From Azolla caroliniana (Eukaryota; Plantae; Polypodiophyta), in NCBI GenBank assembly GCA_043228905.1, contig JBHGNT010000016.1, positions 13,640,001 through 13,704,000 on the forward strand: 64,000 nt of DNA, given 5' to 3'. A program made the position numbers and the translations under genes. The notes below the pieces were generated by a model. The model saw nothing but the letters and a program-made list of their open reading frames with translations, was not told where the DNA came from and searched no databases. Position 1 is the first letter of the stretch, and each line of letters opens with the position of its first letter. Shown one piece after another: positions 25,471-38,280 of the stretch.

Positions 25471-26266
25471 GTGTCGAACATCCCTCAGGATCAGCCGACA
25501 ACCAGTCGACGTTGTCAGGCATACACTTCCTATGCCGACTATCCTCCATGTGCCATTGTCTCCCACCTTTACACTTCCATAGTCCAAAATTGTGTAGGAC
25601 GAGAAGCACTCTCTCGAGGGAGTTATGTGAAAGGATGCATTGGAGTCAATCACCCACGTGCACTCTTGATTTCTAAGATTTGCACTTGCTTGCTCACAAA
25701 TGAACATGAACTCCTCTTTGCTAGTAGCCACGGTTGAAGTGCCCTTTTCATCAAAAATCTTTCTAGGTTTGACATTATTTGAGACATCTTTGTCCTTGTC
25801 CAGGTTTTCCATAATAAAAGCATGTAGGTTGTTGAGCGGACAAGCTAAACCAGATCCGAATTGGTTGAACAAGCCAAAGCCAGATCAGAGTTCGAAACAG
25901 AGAACTAGATCGATGTCCGGAACCAAGAGCTGGATCGGAGAGATGGATCATACTGTAACCGGTAGGCTGTTAGAGACCTATGAATCTAGCCTAGTACATA
26001 GGCAAATTCCTTGGAGTTAGTGTTAGTCGCTTGTATGAGCATTGAAGTACTTGTCAGTACTTTTGTCAGTCCTTTTAAGGACTTGTATAAAAAGTGTTAT
26101 GTAGGACATTGTATGTAGACAAAGTTTTATTAATTTGAATTAAGTTGTGTTCTGCTCTAACTCTGTCTCTCTCTTCTGTAACATTTCTATTAAACCTGTG
26201 TCTATATTATGTTGCTATCTGGCTAAGTTGGGTTCATCTACAAGCTTCTGCACATATTCTTTTACA

Positions 26267-26278
26267 TGGTATCAGAGC
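26267..26278 (+). promoter_or_regulatory. Primer-binding site, initiator tRNA-Met
   Basis: Canonical tggtatcagagc immediately after the LTR end ttaca. Confidence 0.9.
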
Positions 26279-29200
26279 GTGAGGGTTGAGAACCTCTACA
26301 ACCGACGAGCGACTTCTGAAGAGAAACCCTAACACCGGGTAGAGAACAGAAAACAAAGGTTAAAATGGATAGAGGAATGGCTAGCTCGCTCTCGATGGAG
26401 AAGCTCGATAGATCCAACTATGAATCTTGGTCGTACAAGATGCACTAGTACCTACTCAGGCATGGTTACTGGAGTTATGTCAACGGATCTAACGATACGC
26501 CACTGGATGCGGTACACATGGATTTCCTAACATGGGAACAAGTAGCAAGTAGAGTTATCTACTGCATTGCATCTAGTGTCGGCGATCCGCTACTAAGCCA
26601 TATCCAGGACACCAAGATGCCGAAGGAAGCTTGGGGAAACCTGAAGAAGGTCTTCGTTGCGACCACCAAGGCCCAGAAGCTACAACTCCGACAAAAGGAC
26701 ATGTCAGTGGCCGGCTACATGGCCCGAATTAAAGACATCTACAACTCAGTTGCCTTGAGGGCTTGGCGTCAAAGTTTGGAGCATTCTAGACGGCGGTTTG
26801 CAAAAGGGAGAATACGCCCTCGTTTTACGACTTACAATGGATACTCCTTGTAGAGGAGAACCACGCGGGTGCATCAATGAGCACACACATCGATAGCAGG
26901 ATCTTGTACATGAAGGCGGATCGGCCCCATGGTTGTGGTAGATGAGGTGGATTGGCACGTGGTGGAAGTGGCCGACAAGAGCAAAATCGGATGCACAATG
27001 ATGGTACAAGCAACAATTCCGAACCCTCCACAAGTAGGAGTCAAAGCGGTGCCGGAACCTGGCAAGAGAAGACCATAACGGAATTTTGGTACTGTGGCTG
27101 GAAGGGCAACAAGGAGAGCGAGTGCTGGAAAAAGCGTGCCAATTTGGACAAATCCGGATATGGCAAAGGCCAGTTGAGGAAACCAGTAAAGTTCGCACTA
27201 GGCGGATGGACCGAAAGGATTCAGTTCCTGAGATGGATCGGGCCCGACCTTTGTGATGAGGTATGGTATTTTGATCCGGAGCATCAAACCATATGACAAG
27301 GCACGCGGAGTGGTTTGATTATCTAGAAAAACAGGAAGAACCAAGGGTGGTCGAAACCGGAGATGACACCCCTCATACCATCGAGCACATCGGTGAGGTT
27401 CCCCTCAACCATGTCGGGTAGAAGCGATAGCTGATGAACATTCTGCACGTCCCAACAATCACAATGAATCTTGTGTCAGTTGGACAGATTGTTGACTAAG
27501 GGATGCAGGTCTGGTTCACACATGTCGGGTCCTTCATCGAAGAGGAGGGCAAGGTCATCGCGCAAGGGCGCCGAGACGGGAGCATGTTTATCCTCAAAAC
27601 GAATGATGTTGGCACCTCTATGTTTGCAAAAGGGCAAAAGGTTGAGTCAGACATCGACCTGTGGCACAAGTAGATCGGCCACATCAACTTTCGGAAGCTT
27701 CATGAGCTACAATCGGAACACCTAGTTTCCGAACTACTGAAGTTCAGTGGCCGGAAAGGCCAAGTATGTGAAGCTTGCCAGCTTAGGAAGTAGCATAGGC
27801 TTCCGTTCCCGAATGAGAAGAATCGGAGCTGGAATCGGCTTGATTTCATCCATTTGGATGTGTGGGGACTGGCACAAAACATGAGCATCAGTGGGAGTCG
27901 GTATTTCGTCTCCTTCATCGACGATTTCACCCGATACACTTGGATCTATCTAATCGAGAAGAAAAGTGAAGTCTTCTCATGCTTCTGGTATTTGAAGAAC
28001 CTTGTTGAACGCGAGACTAGAAGAAAGATCAAGTGTTTGACATTGGATGACGAAAAAGAGTACTTTTCTAGCCAAATCATGAGTTATCTGCAGACGAAAG
28101 GAATCTGACGGGAGTTCTCCTACAAATACACATTGGAGCAGAACGGCGTGGCCGAGCGTCGAAACAAAAGATTGGTTGAAGCGGCAAGGGCGATGCTTGA
28201 GGAGAAAAGCATCCCCAAGTTTTATCGGGCCAAAGCAATTTGGACAACCATCTATATCCAGAATCAGATATCTGCCTGAGAGGCAAAGGTTTAACCGTAC
28301 GGACTGTATTTCGAGTGGAAGCCAAATTTGGCATGCATTCCGGTGTTCGGTAGCATGGTATATGTGCATGTATCGAAAGGAAATTGGAGGAACCTAGATG
28401 CGAAAGCCAAGAAGTGCATTCTTGTCAGTTACTCGGATGAACAGAAGGGTTATAAGTGCTATAACTCCCGATCAAAAGCGGTCCGAGTTAGCCGCGATGT
28501 CGTTTTCAACGAATCAGCATCTTGGTACTTCTCTGAACTTCAACCCGAGCCCGAACTGATTGTTGTTGATGATCTGGTGGAGTCCAGAATAGAGAGAAGC
28601 ATCACGGAGTCCGAACAGCCGGATAGTCCGACTTTTCTCCGGATGAGTGGACCGAATCTAGACTAGTCAAGCCGGAGTGGTCAACTAGATGATGAGCCGA
28701 CGACTAGCGAAGAATCAGTCGTGCTCTTCCCGCACAAGGAATCGAGGAAATGGCTCACGCACAAAGAAAAGGGGACGAAGAAGATGCGGGAATATGCCAC
28801 TGGCAGAGACGAGTCAGATCGGAGTGAATATGACTCTGGAAAGAAAGAAGTCGAACCTTCGGGAATGATGTCTGAGCCAACCAAGAGGGCCTTGCAATTG
28901 GGAAATGCAAAGTTACTCCGATCCACCCACCAGAAAAACCTCATGAAAAGGTACGGGTACAATGAGTATATGGCGCATCATTATGCATACATGATGAAGG
29001 TGGCAGTTGTGCGTGAGCCGGAAAGCTACACAGAAGCAGCTAAGGACCCGAACTGGTAGAAGGCCATAAAGGAAGAGATGCACACACTCACGAAGAATGA
29101 GCTGCGGAACTTGGTTGACGTACCGACAGGAGTGGAGCCAATCAGTTGCCGGTGGATACACAAGGTTAAATACAACACTGACGGCACCATCAACCGGTAT

Positions 29201-29605
29201 AAGGCCCAGCTAGTGGCAAAGGGCTACACGCAACAACATGGCATAAACTATGATGAGACGTTCACGCTAGTCGCAAAGATGATGACCGTCCGTGTCTTGC
29301 TTGCGGTGGCAGCGGCGAAGGGTGACAGGAACTACACGCTCTTGATGAACAACGCTTGGGCACAACCAAGCTTAGAATCAAACACACAAAACGAGAATGA
29401 ATGCACGACACAATGGAGAGAAGAGTACACAGGATGTTTACGTGGAAAACCCAAACACGGGAAAAACCACGACAGTCCACTGATTGCTAACTATCACTAT
29501 GAACAATATACAATAGATGAACACAAAGGCAACGACCTCTTGTTCACTGTCTTCGCCACATGCGGCGGTTACAACAGAGATACGAACTCTTCGTCTCTTT
29601 CTCTC

Positions 29606-32600
29606 GGAGAAAACACTGACCTTAAAAAACAACTTAAGGACATCGAGGTATCTCGAGAAGACAGTGAAATATCCTCTATAGAGGATATAAAGGACGAAAT
29701 TAAAAAATTTAAAGAGGAAGTTAATAATAACATAGAGTTAGCTAAAATGGGTTGGGTAGATGTGGTTAAAAGAAACATTAAAAAAGGAATAAAAGATGAA
29801 AATATTGTTAATACCACCCTTGAAGAAGAGAAAATGCGTCAAGCCCGACGCTTAAATGTCCATGTCACTGGGCTCAAGGAAGCTGCATCCCCAAATGAGG
29901 ATGCACAAACACTTGGGAAAATGTTAGGGTACACAGAGGCCCTACCTATCACCAAAGCATGGACAGTCGGGCGTGACACAACTAGGAAGAGAGCCTTAGT
30001 CCTTCAATTTAAAGACTTAGACTCTAGAATCACTTTCTTTAAGAAGAGACCAATCCTTTGAGGAATGGGTGGGGACCCCATCTATCTCGATGAAGACCTC
30101 ACTAAGATGCAAATTGAGCATCGCAAGAGTTGTATGCCACGAGTTATGCAAGCTCGTAAAGAAGGCCATCGCGCCTTTTACCGAGACGAGCGAGTGATCA
30201 TAAATGATCGCACTACTAATTGATGGCGTGTGGCCCATGTGACAGAAAATGCACTTAGGATGACCTTATGGAATTGTAATGGCGCACTCTGGGCACACCC
30301 CGGCCGCCTAGAGGAGATACTAAAGGTATCTGATATACTTTTCTTGGTAGAAACACATCAGAGCCCAAATAGAGGACTCCCACGGGTCGAAGGATTCCGT
30401 TGGGAGTCCGCTTTTAGACAAACCTCACGTCGACACACTATTAGGGGATCTGGAGGTGTCGCGATACTGTTTCGTAGAGAGCTACATAATAGGATAGAAA
30501 TAATGAAGATAGACCCAAAAGCTCATTTTATGTGGGTGAAAGTCTCCACAAGCAAAGACCAGGCAGTATTTTTCGCCATTTGTTACTTTCCCCCAAAAGG
30601 ATCCCGTTATAATATTGGTGGCTTGGCGAGATTAGTCGATGAAGGAATGCCACATGGGCCTTCTCCATACGAACCCCTATCAGATGACATAATCCGATAT
30701 TCTTCCCAAGGAGAAGTATTTCTTGTAGGAGACTTCAATACGAGAACCCAATCCCGACAATGCACAGTATTTCAGATGAATAGAAACCTAGAAATGGTAA
30801 ATGTCAATCCTTTAGACATAGGCACCACACGTAGATCAAAGGATCAAGGTGCGGACGCCACGAGCTTTGGCCATCATCTGCTCGAACTTGGCAGTCGGCA
30901 CCGGATGGTCATATATAATGGTTTAGCTTAGTGGCCGGGCTCAGAAGAGCTCACATGTTTCCCACATGGAGGAGGGGAAAGCACAGTTGATTATCTAATA
31001 GGATGCCCTGAAGCTACCCACATGATTAACTCCTTCCGAGTGGCCCCATGCCCTATTGGCGCGGACCATAGTTTCTTATACTTCGACCTAAAATGTGATA
31101 TCTCTAAGGTCACCAAGTCTAGTCAACCATGCCATCACACCACAATACATTTCACACATGAGCTCTCTGACATATACTCTCAACATGTTCAGGCCCATCT
31201 CCCCTCCCTTGATCACTCCCTACCGTTAGAAAGCCTTAGTACGAAACTCACACACATCCTTCACTCCGCAGCAGCTAGCAGTTTCCCATATACAAAACAC
31301 TCAAATCAAGGTAGATCAGGATCAATGCCATAAAATAAATGGTATGATGAGGATTGTAGGGACTTACATAGACAACTTACAGTATTGAAACTCAATGGTA
31401 GTATTACCTCCATACAAGCTCGCAAAGAAATGCGCAAGATGACACGTCGTAAGAGACGAGCGTGGGAGGCATCCCAATATTGGGAACTCTACCATATGCT
31501 CATGAGTAGTGATTGCGCCACGGCATGGAAGAGACTACGGGAGCCAAGACCACAAACACCCATCGAAGATCCCGAAACTTGGCACACATATAGAAAGAGA
31601 CTTTACCAAATCCCAAACCAACCACCCATTCCAATGCCTTCCACACCCCGGCCTACCACGAGGACACTTTTCACGACCTCTAGGGTCGTGAAGGTCATAA
31701 AGAAATTACAACATGGGAAGTCCATGGACCACACAGGATTGCGAGCAGAACACATTATATATGCAAGAGAGTGCCTAGCTCCCTTGCTAACTCTAATCTT
31801 CAATCGTGCCCTTGCGGAGTGTTTTCCACCACAGTGGACTATGAATACAGTGGCCCCCATACATAAAGGGTGGGACCCCATGGATCCAAATACATATAGG
31901 ACCATTATGATAGGCCATACCCTTGCTAAGTTATATGGTGCAGTAATGGAAGCTGAGCTTAGCGACTATATGGAGTCCCTAAACCTTCGTGCACCTGAAC
32001 AAGCTGGCTTTAGACGAGCCTTCTCCACTATTGATCATATCTTCACACTTAGATGCCTAATTGACCACACTTCTGCAAAGCCTTTGACATAGTCCCTAGA
32101 GAGCGGTTGTTTGATAGACTTAAAAGGTTGAGGATACCAGATGATATGGTATGGTCCATCTACGCACTATATGAACAAGTGTCCGGGTGTCTCCGATGCC
32201 CAGGTGGCCTATCTAATCGTTTCACTAGCACTATTGGTGTAAAACAAGGTTGCCCCCTATCACCGACGCTTTTTGGGATCTACATTGATGAGATCATAGA
32301 TTTTATTGCTCGTGAGGGAGGCACCGGAGTGGTCCTTGGGGATACGTAGGTTCGTATCTTGCTCTATGCGGATGACATAGTTTGAATCCGAACACGACCT
32401 ACAAAGGCACCTTAATTCCTTAGATGACTCTTGTGTACAACGAGGATTGGTAGTGAATCTAGGGAAAACGAAAGTCCTTATCTTCCACACATCGGCCCAA
32501 GTTAGAGCTAAGTGTCACTTAACTATCTCCCATAGCCCAGTCGAGGTGGTTGGATCATACGTCTATCTCGGAGTCACTTTTAGTGCCCACTCAGGTAAAT

Positions 32601-34128
32601 TTTCGATGACACAGGCAGCGAAGGATAGACTCAGGAGAGGACATGCATCCCTCTCACTCCTAGAGAGACAATGCCACCAAGCACACTTTCAAGAGCCACG
32701 GACTAAAGGGTGACTCTTTGACTCATTAGTGACCCCCTCCCTCATGTATGCATCAGCGGTTTGGGCTCCAGGATTACCATCTTTCATGTGGACGCAATTA
32801 GAGAGACCATTGGTGATGATGCTATCACGCCAACTCCGAAGCAAATCGACTATACCACATGACATTATTAGGGCTGAGTTCACGTTGCCCCCAATGTTAG
32901 TAGAGGCACTTTTTCAACTTGTAGTCTTCATTCACAAGATACATAGCCAACCACATGATAGAATATCTCATCAAGCCTTTAAGACCTCTCGATCATTGTA
33001 TGAGTCCGGCTATACTAGCTCATGGTATGGCATGATGGTGAGTTGGCTTCTTGGGAATGGTCTAGACATTAATAACCTACCTCCCCTTAGGTACAACCAC
33101 ACGAGTGATAACACTTTAATCTCTTATGAGGACCGCAATAAAGTAATACGCCAAGAAATATGGCAAATTTACACTCGGTGTAAATGGATCACCCCACTAG
33201 AGCCACTCCCATCTAAAATGTTGTACTATAAGAAACACTTCATGCACTTCTCTGAGTTAGGTTTTATCACGCGGCCAAAATATCTAGATGTATTCTTACC
33301 ACATGCACTAAGGGTTGCCATTGGACAACTTAGAATATCATCTCACCAACTTGAGATTGAGAATGGTTGTACTAGTGGAGTCCCTAGGGAGGAAAGGATA
33401 TGTAGGTTATGTCACATAGAGATAGAGGATGAGTACCACTTTACATGCAAGTGTCCAACCTATGCCGAGATAAGGGCAAAATACCAAGACATACTTGGTT
33501 CGTCTCCCACCCTCCCCAAACTATTAGATACTCTAGATATAAAGAAATTAGGCAAATACATTCTAGAGCTAAAACAACACAGAGAGAATAAGTTACAAAA
33601 TGTTGACAATAATGTTGCTAATGATCACGAACATGTAACAAATGAAGTTTTTCAGGAACAAGGGGAGACAGCGAATGCCGACACACTTGCACCACTCGGC
33701 CTTTCCATTGTTGAGGCAGAAAACCAGAGAAGAACCAGACGTCCTCGGGTGCCGGGTTTCAAAGCAACTCAACGTGATGTGGAAGCAATATTGAAAATAA
33801 GGGAACGTGAGCTACACCGCCTAGAAGCCATGGCTAGGGCACTTTCTACATTGGAACCACGGGTCACACCCACATGAAGACCCTTTGACCCCCCACTTCT
33901 TTTCGAGAGGCTTGGGTGGAAATAAAATTAGGCTTAATGTATAGTCACTTTCGAGTATACTACGTATTGTACACTACTAAAACTCTTTTAGTTTAAGTTC
34001 TATTTTTTACTTAATTTTATTTTAGTTATGATGACTGGATAAATACTCTTTTGTCGTAAACCAATTGTCTCATGGGCCAAATTTGGCCTTAGAAGACGTT
34101 AATATATCTTTCTTTCTTTCTTTCTTTC
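29606..34128 (+). mobile_element. 5'-truncated non-LTR retrotransposon (LINE, RTEX-like): partial ORF1, APE-RT-CCHC ORF2 and (TCTT)n tail
   Basis: ORF1 C-terminus (IYLDEDLT) to ~30220. ORF2 30230-33877 has WNCNG, GDFN, EQAGFR, GVKQGCPLSP, LLYADD and RICRLC..EDEYH..C. Tail 34107-34128; TSD tctctttctctc at 29594-29605 / 34129-34140. Confidence 0.9.
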
Positions 34129-34352
34129 TCTCTTTCTCTCTCTCTCTCTCTGTACACTGTTGCGCTCTAATCTTGTGCCAACAAGAATGAACAACAACAA
34201 CACTACTAAGTTTGTCCTAAGCCATATTTATACTAATATGACTTTTCGGCTATTTACAAATATAGCCCCGATGGACTCTCAAAAACATATTTACGAATAT
34301 GTCCCTTCATCTGGTGAGCACTTCTCACTAGGCCTTCACCATCCGGCTCTTT

Positions 34353-34535
34353 CCGGGTACTCGTCATCCGGTTCTCACCGGGTCTTCTGTTGCCGGGTAT
34401 TCGTCATCCGGTTCTCACCGGGTCTTCTGTTGCCGGGTACTCGTCATCCGGTTTTCACCGGGTCTTCCGTTGCCGGGTACTCGTCATCCGGTTCTCATTG
34501 GGTCTTCCGTAGCCGAGTACTCCACATCCGGTTTT
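34353..34535. repeat. 40-bp tandem repeat (~4.5 copies) in LTR U3
   Basis: tcgtcatccg recurs at 34361, 34401, 34441 and 34481. Confidence 0.92.
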
Positions 34536-37516
34536 GGCCTCGGCCGAGTTTGCTCATCAGTACTGTTCTTCTCACTTCCCATCCGGAGGGACCTGTTTCC
34601 TAACAAAGGGGTGGCATCTACATCAAATGGATGTAAAAAACACATTCCTACAAGGTGATCTCGAGGAACAAGTCTTTATGGTTCAGCCCCCTGGATTTCA
34701 ATCCGGAGTGAATACATTGGTTGTATGCCGATTGAAGAAGACCCTCTATGGACTCAAGGAAGCTCCGTGTGCTTGGAACAAGCGCGAAGATCATGCAGAG
34801 ACTACATGAGATGGGTTTTGCTCCCTTGAAATCAGGCTCTTCACTTTTCATCAGGCAAGGTCGGAACGCCAGTACGAACTTGGACAAAATTGATCGCGTC
34901 AAATCCCAGCTTGTAGCATCATTCGAGATGAAGGATCTAGGAGACCTTCATTACTTCCCCGGGATCGAAGTGGTCTGCACCCTGGAAGGCGTACTGATCA
35001 GTCAACGCCACTATGTGTTGAGTATGCTCTTCAAATTCAGTATGACAAAATGCAAATCCATCTCGGAGCGTAAAGCTTTGCCCCGACTCTAGAAAGGCAT
35101 GTGACTCGGAAAGGTTTCGATAGATAGTCGGAAGCCTTATATATTTGACCATTACCCGGCCGGACCTCAACTATTCGGTCAGGTTGATTTGTGAATTCAT
35201 GGCGCATCCGACCGTGGAGCACCTTTAGTGTGTGCACCGAATTCTGAGATACATTAGTGGCACTAAGGACATGGGGTTACTATATCAGACCGGTGTAGCC
35301 GGACAACTTGTCGGCTATATGGATGCCGATTGGGCCGGAAATGCCGGTGACCGTAGGTCTACATCCGGATATGCGTTTTCACTTGGAAGCGTCATGGTCA
35401 CCTGGAGTAGCAAGAAGCAACTGATAGTTGCAATTTCGAGCACGGAGGCCAAGTACCGAGGAGCGGTTGTTGCAACATGCGAAGCCATATGGTTCAAGAG
35501 GCTCCCAAAGGATCTGCAAGTGGAGGTATCCGATCCGACGGTGATCTATTGCGACAACCTTAGCGACATCTAATTGGCAAAGAACCCCGTCTTTCACTCC
35601 CAGACTAAGCACATCGAGGTGCACTATCACTTTGTCCGTGAGTGAGTTCTCTCCAATGAAGTGGAATTGCTACATGTTTCGACGGATCGGTAGGTGCCCA
35701 ATATCTTCACCAAACCTCTCGGCTTAGACAAGTTGTGGCAATTTTCCGGTGCACTGGGTGTGTAGTACCTTGATATGCCGAACTTAAGGGGGAGGAAGGA
35801 AAGGAGGAATGAGGAAGACGACCGAAAGGCTGAGTCGGAAACCGATTTCGATTTCGGCCCGATTGAAGAAGTTGGAGTGCACAGGACAATTGAGAAAGCC
35901 AAGACCGGACGTAGGAGAGCCACGAGAGCGGAGAGCCCAAGCCGGAGCTAACCGAAAAAGGGGGAGGCAAAGCCAGAAAGACCGAGACATGGACATGGGC
36001 TGATGTCGTGAAGGGTCTGAAGGATGAAGACGAATCGGAGACAACCAATTCAAACAAGCGTTGGAACGAATTGGAAGCCACCGATTTTGAAGAGGAGCTC
36101 GATTCGGAGGAGTCAAATCAACTAAATGCCAAGCAGATAAAAGGGCAACAGAAGACGACGCCGACACGGAGGAACTGACGGGTTGAGTAGCACCGAAGTC
36201 GCAACAACAAAGGAGCTGAGAAGGGCCTTCTGAGCAAACAAGTCGACCGAAAAGGTCAAGGAGCGTGGAACCGGTCGGGTCGAGGAAAGCAGAACCGGAC
36301 CGGACAAGAAGCGCGAGCAAGGTGGGAGAACGCCAAGAGGAGCTGGAGAGAAGAACCAGCTACCGCAGACACAGACACTACGATCCGACCTCAAGATTGA
36401 ACTTGAGAGGGAGTGTTGAGTGGACAAGCTCAACCAAATCCGGATCGGCTGAACAAGACAAAGTCGGATCGGAGTCTGGAACCGAGAACCGGATCGGACT
36501 ATAACTGGTAGGCCGTTAGAGGCCTACAAATCTAGCCTAGTACATAGGCAGAATCCTTGGAGTCAGTGTTAGTCGCTCATATGAGCATTGAAGTACTTGT
36601 CGGTACTTTTATCGGTCCTTTTAAGGACTTGTATAAAAAGTGTGATGTAGGACATTGTATGTTGACAGAGTGTTATTATTTTGAATTAAGTTGTGCTCTG
36701 CTCCAACTTTGTCTCTCTCTCTCTTGTGTAAGGTTTCCATTAAACCTGTGTCTATATTGTGTTGCTATCCGATTAAGCAGGTTTCATCAACAAGCTTCCT
36801 CACATTTTCTTTTACATAAGCTTACCCCTAAACTTGAACCTCGGATGGGACTTCCTTGTTCCTTCCTCTGCCAAAATGTTGTGTCATGTTCACCTCCGAT
36901 TGGGACAAGACACCCTTTTTCTTCCTTCTTGTCTCCTTGTTCAAGATGCTTGTCTTTACACTTGTAGAGACAGGTTCTCTTCTTGACACGAGGTTCTGAG
37001 AGTCACCACCATGTTCTCCTAGCTATCCGGCAGGGTATACATGAGTAGAAGGTCTTGCATAGCATCCTAAAGGGGAAACTTGGATACAACAAGTTGATTT
37101 ACAAGCCCCATGAATGTGTTGATGTGCACTAATATGTTGGCTCCGTCTTTGTACTTCAGTCTCACGATTTTTTTGAATCTTCGAGGTTTTGTTGAGTGCA
37201 TTCTTCCTCTTGTACAACCCTGATAGTTTGTGCCACATCTCGTAGGTATTAATGTCGTTAGGCACATGCTAAAGGACATGCACATCTACACACCATTCGA
37301 TGGTGGCCACAACCTTCCTATTTAGGAGTTTCCATTCAGACTCTAACACCCTAGTGGGTATTTCTTTTCTGTCTATGAGCTTGTACAAATCTTTGACTAT
37401 GAGAAGATCTTCCAGCTTGATATTCCGGTCAGCGTAGTTGTGTGAGTTCAGGACCATCATTCCTGGGAAGCCACTCACCTCCTTCCGTTTTGCACCTTAG
37501 AGCTCTGATACGAATT

Positions 37517-38280
37517 TGATAGGATGGGACCGTAGATCTATGAGAAAGACAAACAGAAATAGGCAGTGTGAAAACAGAAAATGTACACGGAATGCACAAT
37601 ACACAATATTTAATGTGGAAACCCTAAACAGGGAAAACCACGGGTAACAGAGGAACACTATATCAGAGGTATACAAAGGGAACAAATTATAACACTCTCA
37701 GTACAGGGTGTATCATCCACACAGGGCTCTTGGCATTTACTATCACACAACTATGGTGTCGCTCACACACATTGTCATTCTGGCTCTTTGTTACGCTCTA
37801 TACATCCATCATCATCATAATGTTTTACCTAGGTGTATTTATACTCATACAGAGTATGGGCTATTTACAAATATAGATGCTATTATGATTATTATTATTA
37901 ATCTTAGCTAATCAACCGACTGATCAACTAGTCGATTCAATTAGCCGACTCCTATGTTGACTGTCCAACCGGCCCGACTAGTCGGCCTTGTCTTCGACTT
38001 GGATCATCTATTTCCCTATGTTGTCGAATCTCCACATCAACTCTTTCTTGTCTTCAACTCTTGTCTCTTCCTTGACCTGACTAATTGGTTATTCCTTGTC
38101 TTTAACAGTCGGCTCTTCTTTGGCCTGACTAGTCGACTATTCCTTGTCTTCCATTGTCTACTCTTCCTTGGCCTAACTAGTCGGTTATTCCTTGTATTCA
38201 ACTGTGAGCTCTTCCTTGGCCTGACCAGTCAGCTCCTCCCATAGGCAAGACATGTTTCTGATTGTTAGTAATAACCAACA
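37517..38280 (-). repeat. 5' LTR of Copia G containing a 48-bp tandem repeat (~38023-38235)
   Basis: Termini tgatagg...accaaca, adjacent to the PBS. Repeat units start at 38071, 38119, 38167 and 38215. Confidence 0.75.

Larger units (their letters stand above)
29323..34605 (-). repeat. Solo Copia LTR inserted in the RT of F, itself split by a LINE (LTR halves 29323-29605 and 34129-34605)
   Basis: Perfect TSD aaggg (29318-29322 / 34606-34610). Removal restores AAAKGWHLHQMDV. Shares the gtggaaaacc...aaaaccacg motif with the LTRs at 37517 and 44319. Confidence 0.88.
25830..36816 (+). mobile_element. Full-length degenerate Copia element F with two LTRs
   Basis: LTRs 25830-26266 and 36414-36816, PBS tggtatcagagc 26267-26278 and PPT gagagggag 36405-36413. 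Gag, CWYC knuckle, FDPGAS protease, integrase, RT (split at 29322) and RNase H (DADWAG, YCDN). Degenerate TSD taggt/taagc. Confidence 0.92.
25471..38280 (-). mobile_element. Copia fragment G (5' LTR, PBS, gag, protease), split by Copia F
   Basis: LTR 37517-38280, degenerate iMet PBS (rc tcgtatcagagc, ~37502-37513), gag 36817-37480 and protease WVIDSNAS at ~25650. Joining the flanks of F restores KLTCFYYGKPG. Confidence 0.78.

Noticed and set aside
29078-30061. 327-aa ORF suggesting a Copia RT fused to a coiled-coil protein
   Set aside because: It is chance read-through across three elements (Copia RT, solo LTR and LINE ORF1), as shown by the TSDs.
34353-34535. CRISPR-like appearance of the 40-bp, 48-bp and 66-bp repeats
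   Set aside because: The units are head-to-tail with no unique spacers, there are no cas genes, and the context is eukaryotic TE sequence.
37954-38244. 96-aa ORF with 16-aa hydrophobic repeats
   Set aside because: It is the translation of the 48-bp LTR tandem repeat.
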